From a virus (taxonomy: Duplodnaviria > Caudoviricetes), in IMG/VR virus record IMGVR_UViG_3300025769_000013, positions 1 through 50,705 of that record: a stretch of 50,705 nucleotides of DNA. One strand, written 5' to 3'. Of the stretch, positions 38,492 through 47,953 are shown one piece after another. The first letter of the stretch is position 1. The number at the start of each line of letters is the position of its first letter. The notes under the pieces are model-generated. The model was given only the letters and a program-made list of their open reading frames with translations. It was not told the DNA's origin and made no database searches. The position numbers and the translations under genes are program-made.

Positions 38492-39133
38492 TTACGCCGC
38501 CTGTTTGAGGACACGGGCAACGGTGGTGCCGTGCCAGGTGCCACCCTTTGGAGAAGGTACACCCTCGCCATTAAGGATCTCAGCAATCCCACGAATGGAG
38601 ACCTTCTCTTCACGGAGTCCAACAATCTTGGAAATGGTTTCCTGGTCATCGTAGGGTTTCTGACCACCACAGCGACCAGTCTGGGCCTTTACGTGAGCAC
38701 GGGCAGAAGCCAGACGGGCAACAAGCTGACTTTTCTGGAACTCTGCCACTGCTCCGAGGACCTGGCGGATCAGGGTGCGGGTGGAGTCCCCTTCGATGTT
38801 GGTGAGTTCCACACCACTGGTGTCAAATACGGGAATGCCAGCATCTCTGAATTGGGCAAGGATGACCTCCCCTACCAGTAAATCCCGTGCGATACGGTCA
38901 CTGGACTCCACCAGGATGGTGACGCCTTCCTCCACGCTCGCAATAAGGTCAGAGAGACCCTGGCGAGAAAATCCATCAGTGGTTCCACTTACACCTTCAT
39001 CACTGAAGGTCTTAACAATCTTGTATCCATTCGCTTTTGCGAAGGCACGAATGTTTTCTTCCTGACGGGTTAATCCGTTCCCATCGATCTGCCCGATGGA
39101 GGAAACTCTTAAATAGGAAAATGCGATTTTCAT
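38492..39133 (-). CDS. serine recombinase (resolvase/invertase family)
   Basis: YLRVSS..Q, DEGVSG...RQGL, VESSDRIAR, C-terminal HTH with GTWHGTTVARVL. Confidence 0.93.
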   Translation of the reverse strand: MKIAFSYLRVSSIGQIDGNGLTRQEENIRAFAKANGYKIVKTFSDEGVSGTTDGFSRQGLSDLIASVEEGVTILVESSDRIARDLLVGEVILAQFRDAGIPVFDTSGVELTNIEGDSTRTLIRQVLGAVAEFQKSQLVARLASARAHVKAQTGRCGGQKPYDDQETISKIVGLREEKVSIRGIAEILNGEGVPSPKGGTWHGTTVARVLKQAA

Positions 39134-39163
39134 GTACACGATAATCAGTAAGTTATGTGTACA
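39133..39163. promoter_or_regulatory. inverted repeat at serine recombinase start (operator/res-like)
   Basis: TGTACAC(g)ATAA-tcagtaag-TTATGTGTACA. Confidence 0.55.
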
Positions 39164-39183
39164 GATCAACCTAAAAAACAGCA

Positions 39184-39463
39184 TTGGGTTACTTTTTGGA
39201 GTAACCCGACCCTACTTATCCCTTTGATAGAAATGGATATCTTTGGTTTCCGGAGCCGAAAATCTGGGTTCGAGTCCCGGCGGGAGCACCAAGTCACTAA
39301 TAGAGCGGGAAACCGCTTAAATAAAGGGATCAAGAAGGAGATAGTTGACGAATCGGGTTACTTTCAACAGGGTCAAGAGAGTCAAAAAGTACAAGAAAAA
39401 GTAACCCAAAAAGTAACCCAAGGGCATTTTTTGAGGGTTGGGTTACTTAATTTAGTAACCCAA
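39184..39463. repeat. seven AGTAACCCRA integrase arm-type sites
   Basis: Copies at 39184(-), 39200(+), 39353(-), 39400(+), 39412(+), 39438(-), 39454(+). Confidence 0.85.
39243..39291 (+). other. attP core: 3' part of tRNA-Arg(CCG)
   Basis: Anticodon arm TTGGT-TTCCGGA-GCCGA, T arm CTGGG-TTCGAGT-CCCGG, CGGGAGC-A-CCA; 5' acceptor strand absent; next to integrase. Confidence 0.88.
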
Positions 39464-39468
39464 ATTCT

Positions 39469-40518
39469 ATGACCAAAAAAATAAAAATTTACAGACTCCT
39501 TGATCGCTCGAAACAAAAACTTGGCAAGAAATGTTTCGGAGTTCGGGTCAAAGTGGATGGGGCAAAGCCATTCGCCAAATTCTTTTACACACAACTAGAA
39601 AGAGAAACGTGGGTTGATGAATGGAAGATTGAACGCGAAGAAGGCGTCTTTGAAGTTGTATCAAGCAAAGGCAATACAACCACACAAAGTCGTTCGCTCC
39701 ACTGGGCTATTGATGAGTATTTGTCCTATGGAGAGAAAAAAGGCTGGAGGAGTCACACGATTCGCACCAGAAAGCATCGTTTGGGGGAATTAGGAAAGTT
39801 CTTTGGCGATGTAGGGATGAAGACCATTGAGCGGAAAGATGTCATCAAATTCATTGAGAAGTCAGCAGCCACCAATGTTCTCCGTAAGGCCTGGTGCAGT
39901 GACACAGTCTCCTTCTTTAATTGGTGTGGAAATGAAGACCAGGGGCGGACTTGGTTACCACCATACAAGTTTTCCAAGCTTCAATGGACCCGACTCGCCG
40001 AGGATGAGACTGGAGTTGGGATACTATATCCTGATGAAGCCGAGGATATACTAAATGGCATTTTACCAAAATACCGTGCAGGGATGGCGTTGGCTCTATT
40101 TGCCGGAATTCGCCCAATGGGGGAACTGGATCGTTTACGCTGGGATGATATTCACTTTCGCAGGCAACGTATCATTATTGAAGGGAAAGTATCAAAGACT
40201 CGGAGACGCCGGGTCCTATCAGACCTTCCTGAAAATCTATGGTCTTGGCTTGAAGCCTATAAAAAAGAAAAGGGTCCAGTGATCCATAGTTATTCCGGTT
40301 TCACCCAGGCCCGATACCGGGCTTGTAAGCGTCTCGGTATTAAATATCCACCAGATGGAGCCCGACACTCCTTTGCGAGTTATGGATACTGGCGTGGTGA
40401 AGAATGGTGCCGGAGGACGATGGGGCATACTGCGACCTCCGATGTCTTTCACCGGGTCTACGTGGATGCAGGTCCTAGTCAGGCTGAGTCAGAGGAATAC
40501 TTTGGTATTCTGCCTTAG
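39469..40518 (+). CDS. int: tyrosine integrase
   Basis: LFAGIRP..EL..L.WDDI, SKT, DGARHSFASY, MGH, HRVY. Confidence 0.93.
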   Translation: MTKKIKIYRLLDRSKQKLGKKCFGVRVKVDGAKPFAKFFYTQLERETWVDEWKIEREEGVFEVVSSKGNTTTQSRSLHWAIDEYLSYGEKKGWRSHTIRTRKHRLGELGKFFGDVGMKTIERKDVIKFIEKSAATNVLRKAWCSDTVSFFNWCGNEDQGRTWLPPYKFSKLQWTRLAEDETGVGILYPDEAEDILNGILPKYRAGMALALFAGIRPMGELDRLRWDDIHFRRQRIIIEGKVSKTRRRRVLSDLPENLWSWLEAYKKEKGPVIHSYSGFTQARYRACKRLGIKYPPDGARHSFASYGYWRGEEWCRRTMGHTATSDVFHRVYVDAGPSQAESEEYFGILP

Positions 40519-40885
40519 GTTCAAACTCTGGGCATCCATTAAGCACTCCCGCTCTACCTGCCTCCTGCCCAGTAAGTAACCTCTGCAAATTTGCCATTCC
40601 ACGCCAAGCAACACGAGTCGCCTCCTGGATCTCTCGATCCTTGTTGGTGGCAATCTGGGATTCTGCAGCACCGATCAAGTGACGCATCAGAGCGTCTGGT
40701 TCGTCAGTGCTCTTTTCCATCGCCCAGTGCAGAGGTTGCCCAGGACTGTGCTGCTGGTTCCCTTGGTAGGATAGGTTTGCTACCGCCGCAATTGCATGGG
40801 GGAAGTACTTAATAAAACCTGAGTAGATGGGAAATTCTTTACGTTTGTCCGCGTCTTCAGGTAGGGCTGGTGGTAGTGCGTTCAT
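40475..40885 (-). CDS. dATP/dGTP diphosphohydrolase-like (DUF5664) protein
   Basis: YFPHAIAAVA..S..GN.QH....LHW...DALMRHL..VAWR. Confidence 0.75.
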   Translation of the reverse strand: MNALPPALPEDADKRKEFPIYSGFIKYFPHAIAAVANLSYQGNQQHSPGQPLHWAMEKSTDEPDALMRHLIGAAESQIATNKDREIQEATRVAWRGMANLQRLLTGQEAGRAGVLNGCPEFEPKAEYQSIPLTQPD

Positions 40886-41052
40886 AGCATCCTCGCGTTT
40901 GCGACCAGTCGTTTAGCTTCTGGTGTGTTTCCAGGAATAACGAATTTCAATTGCTTCTGTGCTGTATGCACTTGTTCTTTCGTGAGTCCAAGCCTTCGAA
41001 GGATTTCTTCAGGTGGCTTGCCGTTGTTGGTTCTACTTTTGTTCTTTCTCAT
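40882..41052 (-). CDS. 56-aa hypothetical protein
   Basis: ATGA overlaps on both sides; MRKNKSRTNNGKPPEEILRRLGL... Confidence 0.6.
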   Translation of the reverse strand: MRKNKSRTNNGKPPEEILRRLGLTKEQVHTAQKQLKFVIPGNTPEAKRLVANARML

Positions 41053-41321
41053 TTTAGTTTCTTGGTTTGGATATTCAGGTACAGCGAGTCGAGCTTACTG
41101 TGGTTCCTGTAATAGGAAACATTCAGGCAACGAGAGGTAATCTCATATACTCCTGGTTTCACTCCCTGGAGAGCGAGAGAGACAGTGTCTAGTCCTACAT
41201 TGATTGTGTCACCTTTGTTGAGTGACATGAATAGTTGACCCTGTTCTGAATCCACTCGAAGACACTCAGTGGTCTCAGTGCCAGGGAACTCGATGTTGAT
41301 CTGGATGTTGTGGTATCTCAT
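41049..41321 (-). CDS. hypothetical protein
   Basis: 90-aa ORF in operon. Confidence 0.65.
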   Translation of the reverse strand: MRYHNIQINIEFPGTETTECLRVDSEQGQLFMSLNKGDTINVGLDTVSLALQGVKPGVYEITSRCLNVSYYRNHSKLDSLYLNIQTKKLK

Positions 41322-41452
41322 GCCTTATTTCGGATGTACGCTGGTCCAAACGCCAGTCTTGAGGTTAACGGTGATGTATCGATATCCACGTCTAACTGGA
41401 TGGCAGTGAGACTTCCTTCTGGGTTTTGGGATTCTAGGACGAGAGGATGCTT

Positions 41453-43270
41453 TCATTTCTTTTTCTCTGGTGCTGGTGGTTGTTTACAAAGGTTCCAACA
41501 GACGCCCTTCTGGGCATGCTGGATGTAAATATGATTGGAAAGCTCGCCATCGACGTTCCGCATCCCTGCTTTGTTTCTACGCTTGCAGAGATCGAGTCGG
41601 AAGGTCCGTGGTTGGTCGTCTGGAGCTCGGACCTGACTCAGGTTGATCATCTCCCTACATGCATTCGGAATAATACTTGTGCCAAACCCTTGATAGGCCA
41701 GATCGGTGCCAGTGAGGGCATCCATCTTCCGGGAGTCTTTGACTGGTTTCCCTGTATGCTGGACTAGACCGATGATGGTGCCTGTATCCTTGGCAATAGG
41801 TAGGATCATTCTGGAAAGCCACTCGGTCATGTATTCCTGGTCAGAAAGATCACCACCGACATAATGCATTAGAGGATCGATCCAAAGAATGTCAGGCTCG
41901 TGTCGATCAATGGTGTACTCCAGAAGCTTGCCGAGATCCATCCCCACATGTTTCAGCACATTTCGAAAGATCAGCTTCTCCTGGAGCATTTCAATCTCAG
42001 GTCCACTCAATCCAATCCCCTCGGCTACACCTTGGAATTGTTCCGCTAAATCTCCATCATCATTTTCGTGTTGGATAATATAACTCTTGAGTGGATGGAT
42101 AGGCTTGATTCCAAAGAAGTCGCGGCCCAGACCCCAATCCATTACTGCCTGCATCAGTAAGGTGGACTTCCCTACCCCAGTAGGCCCCACGAATCCAAAA
42201 ACAGCACCTTTACAGAGCCAGCGGTTCCCAATGACATTATTAGGGTCATTTTGAACATCATACTTGATCAGGAAATCCGGCCCAAACTCTGGAGACTCTT
42301 CAGAAAGATCATTAAGTAGATCCCACTCATCATAATCACGGGGACCGAGTCCAAGGGCTAAAAGTTTTTGTTCCTGGTCTCCACGATTACATCCAGGCAA
42401 TCTGGAGAACCGGGAAGGGTTCTTGTTCTGCTCATCAATGACAAATCCATCCGGGAGTGCATCCCAGAGTTTCTGTCGGCGTTTATGGTACTGCTGTAGG
42501 TTGGCAGCACCAACATGGACCCAAGCGTGGATAGATTTTCCTCCAGAATCTATCAAGGCATGAACGGGAAGTTTGCTGGCTCTGATGATTTTTTCCTGCT
42601 CTTCTTTAGTCCCTTCATCTGACTCGATCAAAGTGTACCGATAATTTGTGACGTCATTATTGCCACCATGAGTCCCCCGCTCAATTGGGTTGATCCGAAT
42701 ATAGGTTCCGTGGGCGTTTCCCCCGAAGTAAGATTTTGGGTGCTGGTCTCCGTTTCGGATTCCCTCAAGCCAATGATCAACAGGGTAAATATTGGTACCT
42801 GCCCCTTTAGGTACTTCCTGGCCATCAATCAGTTCAGTGCATTCGATGGATACGATATCGCCTGGTTCAAAACAATAGGTTAGGAACCGTTCCGTGTCGT
42901 CAGGATATTCATCAGTATCGGGAATTGGTTTACGTAGTTTTCTGCGACCAACCAGACGAGATGTGCTTTCTGACCGAGCCTCCGCCTTACCCAATTCAGA
43001 ACGAAGGATTGTATTCGCCCGGTCAACCTCAGGTTTACAGGAGTTATGAAAACAGGTGATGGTTGGAGGTCTGCCATCGGCTAGGTGGACCATGGTATCT
43101 TTATCACTATTCTTTCCAGTGTGCAGATGTTGCCCTGGACATTTGCAGTATCCTGTCGTACCGCCGTCTTCCCATTCAATATGGCCGAGGACGTCCTGTG
43201 CAATCTGTCGATAGTCTACCGGGGTCGCCGATGGTTTTTCGGTTCCTTGTGCTGTTGCTGTTATGATCAT
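41453..43270 (-). CDS. primase-helicase (Zn finger, AEP-type primase, RepA/AAA_25 helicase)
   Basis: CPG..H..CFHNSC; LIESD, DSGGKSIHAW, SRLPG; GPTGVGKS, WIDP, VQHTGK. Confidence 0.88.
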   Translation of the reverse strand: MIITATAQGTEKPSATPVDYRQIAQDVLGHIEWEDGGTTGYCKCPGQHLHTGKNSDKDTMVHLADGRPPTITCFHNSCKPEVDRANTILRSELGKAEARSESTSRLVGRRKLRKPIPDTDEYPDDTERFLTYCFEPGDIVSIECTELIDGQEVPKGAGTNIYPVDHWLEGIRNGDQHPKSYFGGNAHGTYIRINPIERGTHGGNNDVTNYRYTLIESDEGTKEEQEKIIRASKLPVHALIDSGGKSIHAWVHVGAANLQQYHKRRQKLWDALPDGFVIDEQNKNPSRFSRLPGCNRGDQEQKLLALGLGPRDYDEWDLLNDLSEESPEFGPDFLIKYDVQNDPNNVIGNRWLCKGAVFGFVGPTGVGKSTLLMQAVMDWGLGRDFFGIKPIHPLKSYIIQHENDDGDLAEQFQGVAEGIGLSGPEIEMLQEKLIFRNVLKHVGMDLGKLLEYTIDRHEPDILWIDPLMHYVGGDLSDQEYMTEWLSRMILPIAKDTGTIIGLVQHTGKPVKDSRKMDALTGTDLAYQGFGTSIIPNACREMINLSQVRAPDDQPRTFRLDLCKRRNKAGMRNVDGELSNHIYIQHAQKGVCWNLCKQPPAPEKKK

Positions 43271-44760
43271 TTCTTCCCTAATCTCGTATCAATAAAAGCC
43301 GATGCCTCAGTAAAAGTAGCCATTCCGGGGTCAGGGTATTTGAACCTCTCCAACATCCTTACTTGTTTTGGGCTCGCCATTCCTTCTCGGCGGCGGGTAA
43401 AAAGTAGATCCAGGATTTTGCTGACATGACCTCGGTTGGAGATCCCGATGTCATCCATTCCGAACTTTTCCAAAGTCGCAATCTGGTTGGCGGTAGGTGG
43501 CTCCATCTCCCACATTGTTTCTGGTTCGTAGGTCGCCAAGTCTGGAAGGTTCAGTTTGAGGCAGAAGTCCAGAGCATCCACGGTCCTGGCACTTCGTCTA
43601 CGTTGAGCCTTGATTTCAGCTTCCAATGCTTCCATCCGCTCTTCCTCGGCCAAACTTTCAGCATCCAGGAGGTCTACCTCTTCTTCTTCCTGGAATTGAT
43701 TATTGATGAACTCCGCCTCTTCAGGTTTCGAAGCTACCAGTCTGGCCGGAGTGATAATTTTCAGCTTGTCGGTCAAGTAGAGTGGGTCCAGCAGAAGCAG
43801 GTTCTCTTTCCCTTCTGCAATCCTGGTGCCACGTCCCACCATTTGCTGGTATAGACTCAGGCTTTTGGTCGGTCTCAGGATGTACACACAATCGGTTGCC
43901 GGGTGATCCCATCCAGTAGTAAGAAGACTGGCGTTGCAGATGACTTGGGCTTCACCCTGCTCGTATTCATCCAGTGCAGTTCGATCCACTCCATCCACAT
44001 GCACTGCGTAGAGCCCTGCACGTTGGCAGGCATCCCGGAATTTTTTTGAAATTTCAATAAGTGGAAGGAAGCAGACGGTTTTGCGGTCACTGGCATGCTT
44101 CGCCAATAGATGTGCTGCTTCTTCCAAGTGGGGTTCAATCGCTTCGCCAAGGTCTTCTTCCCGGTAGTCTCCATTTTTCGTGCGGACTCCAGTTAGATCA
44201 ATCGGTACTGGTACAGACTTGATCGTTATTCTGGATAGGTACCCTTCCCGGATCAGACGAACCATCCCTACCTCGAACGATATCTTCTCGAAGAAGTCGC
44301 CCAATTGTTTGCGGTCTTTCCTCCAGGGCGTGGCAGTCAACCCAAGTACTTTTGCAGATTTGAAATAATTGAGGACCTTCTGGCACTGGTCGCCCAGACA
44401 ATTTCGGTGGGCCTCGTCTACAATCACCAGAGAGAAGTGTTTAGGATCCCATTTCCAGAGTCGCCTTACCATCGATTGAGTGGTGCCAACCACAGTGGAA
44501 CTGTCTGGATGGGCGTGGTTTTCGCCCTGCTCGACTGACACCTTGCGTCCGGTGTACTGATGGAACTTGTCTGCGTTCTGTTCCACCAATTTTGTAGCAT
44601 CGGCCAGGAATAGTGTATTTCCTTTGGCTACATTCATCAGCTCAGATGCAAGGATTGTCTTTCCAGCCCCTGTCCCGGCGACTCCGAGAACACGTTCATG
44701 CTCCCGGAAGTCGCGGATCACGGACTGAATTGCTTCAGTCTGGTAAGGGCGGAGTTGCAT
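43267..44760 (-). CDS. superfamily 2 DEAH helicase
   Basis: LRPYQ, TGAGKT, DEAH, TATP, QMVGRGTR. Confidence 0.93.
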   Translation of the reverse strand: MQLRPYQTEAIQSVIRDFREHERVLGVAGTGAGKTILASELMNVAKGNTLFLADATKLVEQNADKFHQYTGRKVSVEQGENHAHPDSSTVVGTTQSMVRRLWKWDPKHFSLVIVDEAHRNCLGDQCQKVLNYFKSAKVLGLTATPWRKDRKQLGDFFEKISFEVGMVRLIREGYLSRITIKSVPVPIDLTGVRTKNGDYREEDLGEAIEPHLEEAAHLLAKHASDRKTVCFLPLIEISKKFRDACQRAGLYAVHVDGVDRTALDEYEQGEAQVICNASLLTTGWDHPATDCVYILRPTKSLSLYQQMVGRGTRIAEGKENLLLLDPLYLTDKLKIITPARLVASKPEEAEFINNQFQEEEEVDLLDAESLAEEERMEALEAEIKAQRRRSARTVDALDFCLKLNLPDLATYEPETMWEMEPPTANQIATLEKFGMDDIGISNRGHVSKILDLLFTRRREGMASPKQVRMLERFKYPDPGMATFTEASAFIDTRLGKK

Positions 44761-45266
44761 CAGAAGGGAACGTCTGAATCTTCATCGTCGTCAGTGTCCT
44801 GAGCACCTTCTGGAGTCTTAGGAACTTCCATCGTATCCTCCTGCTTTGGAGCTGCATGAGTCTTTGTGGTTCCCTGGGTGGTACCATCTTTGGTCTTATA
44901 GTAACCAATCCGGTTGACCTTCTTCAGGTCACCTTCGTCATTGGTGTAAGTCTCAATTTTGAGATGGGCTTCACACCGTTGACCGATGAGAGCATCCGTG
45001 TCGATATCGAATTGCTCACCTTTTTTAAGAGGTCCATGAAATGCAGTATGAACCTGCTCCCATTTCCAGTCCATTGAATCCAAAAGCACAATGGCGTCAG
45101 AGACTTTTCGAGTCGTCTTTTCGACTTGAAACTCCAGTACTGCCATCTTGTTCCCAGATGATTTTGCGGTCTTCTGGGTGACTCCCAGAAAAACCAGTTT
45201 GTAATCTCCTTCGGGCAATGGCTCAAAGGATTTTTGTTCGCCTGTGGCGGTTTTTGTGAACTTCAT
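44760..45266 (-). CDS. DUF669-type single-stranded DNA-binding protein
   Basis: FEPLPEGDY..AKSSGN.M; acidic tail DDDEDSDVPF. Confidence 0.85.
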   Translation of the reverse strand: MKFTKTATGEQKSFEPLPEGDYKLVFLGVTQKTAKSSGNKMAVLEFQVEKTTRKVSDAIVLLDSMDWKWEQVHTAFHGPLKKGEQFDIDTDALIGQRCEAHLKIETYTNDEGDLKKVNRIGYYKTKDGTTQGTTKTHAAPKQEDTMEVPKTPEGAQDTDDDEDSDVPF

Positions 45267-45296
45267 AATAATGAGTTTTAGGGTTAGATTATTGAT

Positions 45297-46382
45297 TTAA
45301 GCGGCGGATTCGTCTGGGCCTGCCTCCAGTTTCGATGTAAGGAACGAGATGACCTTTGCCGCTTGTGGCTTAGTTAGTTTGGACCATGTTCCTGCGGGAC
45401 CTTCCAGTTTGTAGAATTTCCAGAGTTGCTTCATGTGGGTCGCCTTGAAGTCCAGGTCCTTTGTGCATTTTTTCCACAAGGATTTGATGTTTTCCTGCTG
45501 GACTGGAGTCGCATTGTCGGACTCGTCAGTTTCCGTCAGAGGATCCACTACTGTCTCTTCTTCAGGCTCACTATCTTGGACCTTATCTTCTACCTTATCT
45601 TGGACCTCTGGTTCTGGTCCAAGCTGAATTTGGGGCTTTGTGCTGGGTGCCGTGTATTCGAAATTGAATGCAGGTGCCAGTGATGACCATTCCGCTGGAA
45701 CTTCAGCCGGAAGGTTGTAACGGTTTTTCGCATCCCATGCCGCATTGTGCTCCAGGTATATTACACGTTCCTTGCCACCTACAGCAACCTTGCCCTTATC
45801 ACCATCGGTGAGGGTAGATTTATAGGTCATGAAGCCGAGAAGGTCCGCCCATTCTTTCACAATTGGACTAATCTTCTTTTCAGCATTCAGTTCGAATCGG
45901 TCATAGGATCCTACTTGACCGGGGTCTTCGTGCTTTTTGGTTACACTATGACCGATCAGGATGACATGGATGCCACGTTCCACGATGCGATCCAGCAAGT
46001 CCAGAAGTTGGGTAAATGCTTCAGCAAGGTGGGTGTACCCTTTGCCGTAACCGAAGTCCTCAATGGACTGCTTATTGGCATTGCTACAAATGTACTGACT
46101 GATCGATTCCTGAACAGAGTCAATGGAGTCAATCACCAAAGAGCGATATGGGAAGTCTGTCGCTTTTGCGATCTCTTCCAAATAGTTCTTGGTAATGAGT
46201 CCCCAATGCTCTTCAGGACTGTATTCGATACGATCCACTTCCAGATTCTTCGTGCCTTTTTCGAGGTCGAGGAACAATGGACTTGGAGCCCAAGTCGCCA
46301 GCGTTGATTTTCCCACTCCTTCAGGACCGTAGATGACGGCCCGGACGGGTGAGGAGATGATTCCTTTTGATATTTTGAACAT
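45297..46382 (-). CDS. Sak4-like (AAA_24) ssDNA annealing ATPase
   Basis: IYGPEGVGKST, VIDSID, IEDFGYGKGY, EWAD, AKNR. Confidence 0.9.
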   Translation of the reverse strand: MFKISKGIISSPVRAVIYGPEGVGKSTLATWAPSPLFLDLEKGTKNLEVDRIEYSPEEHWGLITKNYLEEIAKATDFPYRSLVIDSIDSVQESISQYICSNANKQSIEDFGYGKGYTHLAEAFTQLLDLLDRIVERGIHVILIGHSVTKKHEDPGQVGSYDRFELNAEKKISPIVKEWADLLGFMTYKSTLTDGDKGKVAVGGKERVIYLEHNAAWDAKNRYNLPAEVPAEWSSLAPAFNFEYTAPSTKPQIQLGPEPEVQDKVEDKVQDSEPEEETVVDPLTETDESDNATPVQQENIKSLWKKCTKDLDFKATHMKQLWKFYKLEGPAGTWSKLTKPQAAKVISFLTSKLEAGPDESAA

Positions 46383-46405
46383 AGTTTTGTTTGAGTGAAA
46401 GTGAT

Positions 46406-46509
46406 GCTTGTCCGCCCCAGTTTAGATAGATACGGATTGATAGAGAATATTAACTGGAACCATGACTCTCCTTTGAGCCAATGAGGGTTAATATGTGGGA
46501 CGGACAGGC
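46406..46509 (-). ncRNA. candidate structured intergenic RNA
   Basis: Clamp GCCTGTCCGTCCCA/TGGGGCGGACAAGC (one mismatch), inner ATATTAAC/GTTAATAT. Confidence 0.5.
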
Positions 46510-46517
46510 GAAATGGG

Positions 46518-46997
46518 TTATGCTGCCTTGGCTTTAGACTTTGGAAGCGGGGCGATACTGTCCGCGTTCTGTTTAGTGGTGCCGTAGTTCGCAACACACT
46601 GGTTGACCAGATGCTCAATCTGTGAAGCTGGAGTGCCTGGAGGCAGTCCGGCCTTGATGATATCTTTCACACCACCAGTACTGATAGAGCAGGCGGCACG
46701 AAAGGTCTCGGCACTGCAGCCATACTCCTTTTTGAGGTGCTGGGAGAGCTCCACGAGCTTTGTGAACTTACGGACTGGGTTGCCGGGTTTGACGAACCAT
46801 CCGGCCACCTCCACACCTTCGAACATTTGCTTCTTCGCATAGTCCTTAAAGGCTTTCATGGTTTTGGTGTGACGCTCGAAGCTATCCAGGATGTATGGGA
46901 TCAATTCCTGTGGGACGTCCCCCGGTTCGATTTCTTTGCCCAAAAGGGCGTTGGCACACTTACGTGCCTGTTTCTGTTCTTCTGTTAATGAACTCAT
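46518..46997 (-). CDS. protein resembling the C-terminal part of DUF2800
   Basis: GVEVAGWFVKPGNPVRKF; no PD-(D/E)XK nuclease portion visible. Confidence 0.55.
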   Translation of the reverse strand: MSSLTEEQKQARKCANALLGKEIEPGDVPQELIPYILDSFERHTKTMKAFKDYAKKQMFEGVEVAGWFVKPGNPVRKFTKLVELSQHLKKEYGCSAETFRAACSISTGGVKDIIKAGLPPGTPASQIEHLVNQCVANYGTTKQNADSIAPLPKSKAKAA

Positions 46998-47253
46998 TGC
47001 CGATTTCCATTAGTTGGGTTGCGATTTTATCCACCGCATCACACTGAAGATCGCGGAGGGTTGAATAAGGGATCCCGGTCAAACGACTGAGTTCCCTAAG
47101 TGAAAAGGTTCTTCCTGGGTGTACATTTGCTGCCCACTTGGAGAGGCGAATAAGACGTGTCTCCACTGGTCCTTCATCAAAAGGTTCCGGTAGCATCGTC
47201 TGCACCATCGGGTGAGACCTCTGGGATGCCTTTCTCTGAAGTCGGGTGTTCAT
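46960..47253 (-). CDS. HTH DNA-binding protein
   Basis: FSLRELSRLTGIPYSTLRDL. Confidence 0.7.
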   Translation of the reverse strand: MNTRLQRKASQRSHPMVQTMLPEPFDEGPVETRLIRLSKWAANVHPGRTFSLRELSRLTGIPYSTLRDLQCDAVDKIATQLMEIGNEFINRRTETGT

Positions 47254-47468
47254 GCGTCGAGCACCTCCGCATTGTTCCAAGGTTGCTTCCGGGCAAGGAG
47301 GACCATGTCACTCCTCAGGAAGCGGACGGTCTTCTGTTTATTCCTGCCTACAGTCGGCAGGTAATACCTTTGGATAAATCCAGCGTCCGCCCAATTACGG
47401 ACTGTATTCTTAGCGACTTGGAAATGGTCTGCCACTTGTTGTGGCGTCACATAGATGGAGTCCTTCAT
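47250..47468 (-). CDS. excisionase/MerR-like HTH protein
   Basis: VTPQQVADHFQVAKNTVRNWADAG...VRF. Confidence 0.8.
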   Translation of the reverse strand: MKDSIYVTPQQVADHFQVAKNTVRNWADAGFIQRYYLPTVGRNKQKTVRFLRSDMVLLARKQPWNNAEVLDA

Positions 47469-47935
47469 GTCATGGTCCCTTCCGTCTTGTACCACCGTGG
47501 TGGTTGGGTTGGTTTGAGTTGCACTATCTTGACCCGGATGCCGGGTTGGTCGCCCCAGGCTTTTTCCACCAGTAGTTGGCAGATTTGGTTGTCGTCCTCC
47601 CAAAACCCCAGGTCTGTCATGCAGTCCTCCAGTGTCTTGGGAAAGTTGGTGCAGTCAGGCTTGGTGATTTTCCAGAACCACCCGGTTGCTTTGTTCTTTT
47701 TGGTCTCGGACTTCCGCCATGGATAGACGTAGGCGATCTGAAGCTGGAGAGGTCCGGTCAGTGGACTTTCTGGAGCGTACTCAGAAAGCAGACTCCAGAA
47801 CATTTGCTGGATCCGCTTCCCTTCGCTCGACTTCATCTTACCGACGAATTGCTTCCCAGTCTTACGGTTTTTTAGGACCCGAAGGGCGGACTGGTGGGTG
47901 CCAGTCGGCGGATTTACTTTGAGAGTGAACTCCAT
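47465..47935 (-). CDS. rusA: RusA-like Holliday junction resolvase
   Basis: TKPDCTNFPKTLEDCM....WEDDNQI. Confidence 0.88.
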   Translation of the reverse strand: MEFTLKVNPPTGTHQSALRVLKNRKTGKQFVGKMKSSEGKRIQQMFWSLLSEYAPESPLTGPLQLQIAYVYPWRKSETKKNKATGWFWKITKPDCTNFPKTLEDCMTDLGFWEDDNQICQLLVEKAWGDQPGIRVKIVQLKPTQPPRWYKTEGTMT

Positions 47936-47953
47936 GATTTTTCTGAAATTGAA

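Noticed and set aside
7286-38494. Stop-codon recoding suggested by two in-frame TAA cases (7478-7480 and 38492-38494)
   Set aside because: Core genes are intact in the standard code and TAA, TAG and TGA all end genes normally
39215-39291. Intact tRNA-Arg gene
   Set aside because: No 5' acceptor strand complementary to CGGGAGC and no proper D stem; treated as attP
39184-39463. CRISPR array or iterons
   Set aside because: 10-bp units in mixed orientation with irregular spacing around a tRNA fragment fit integrase arm sites
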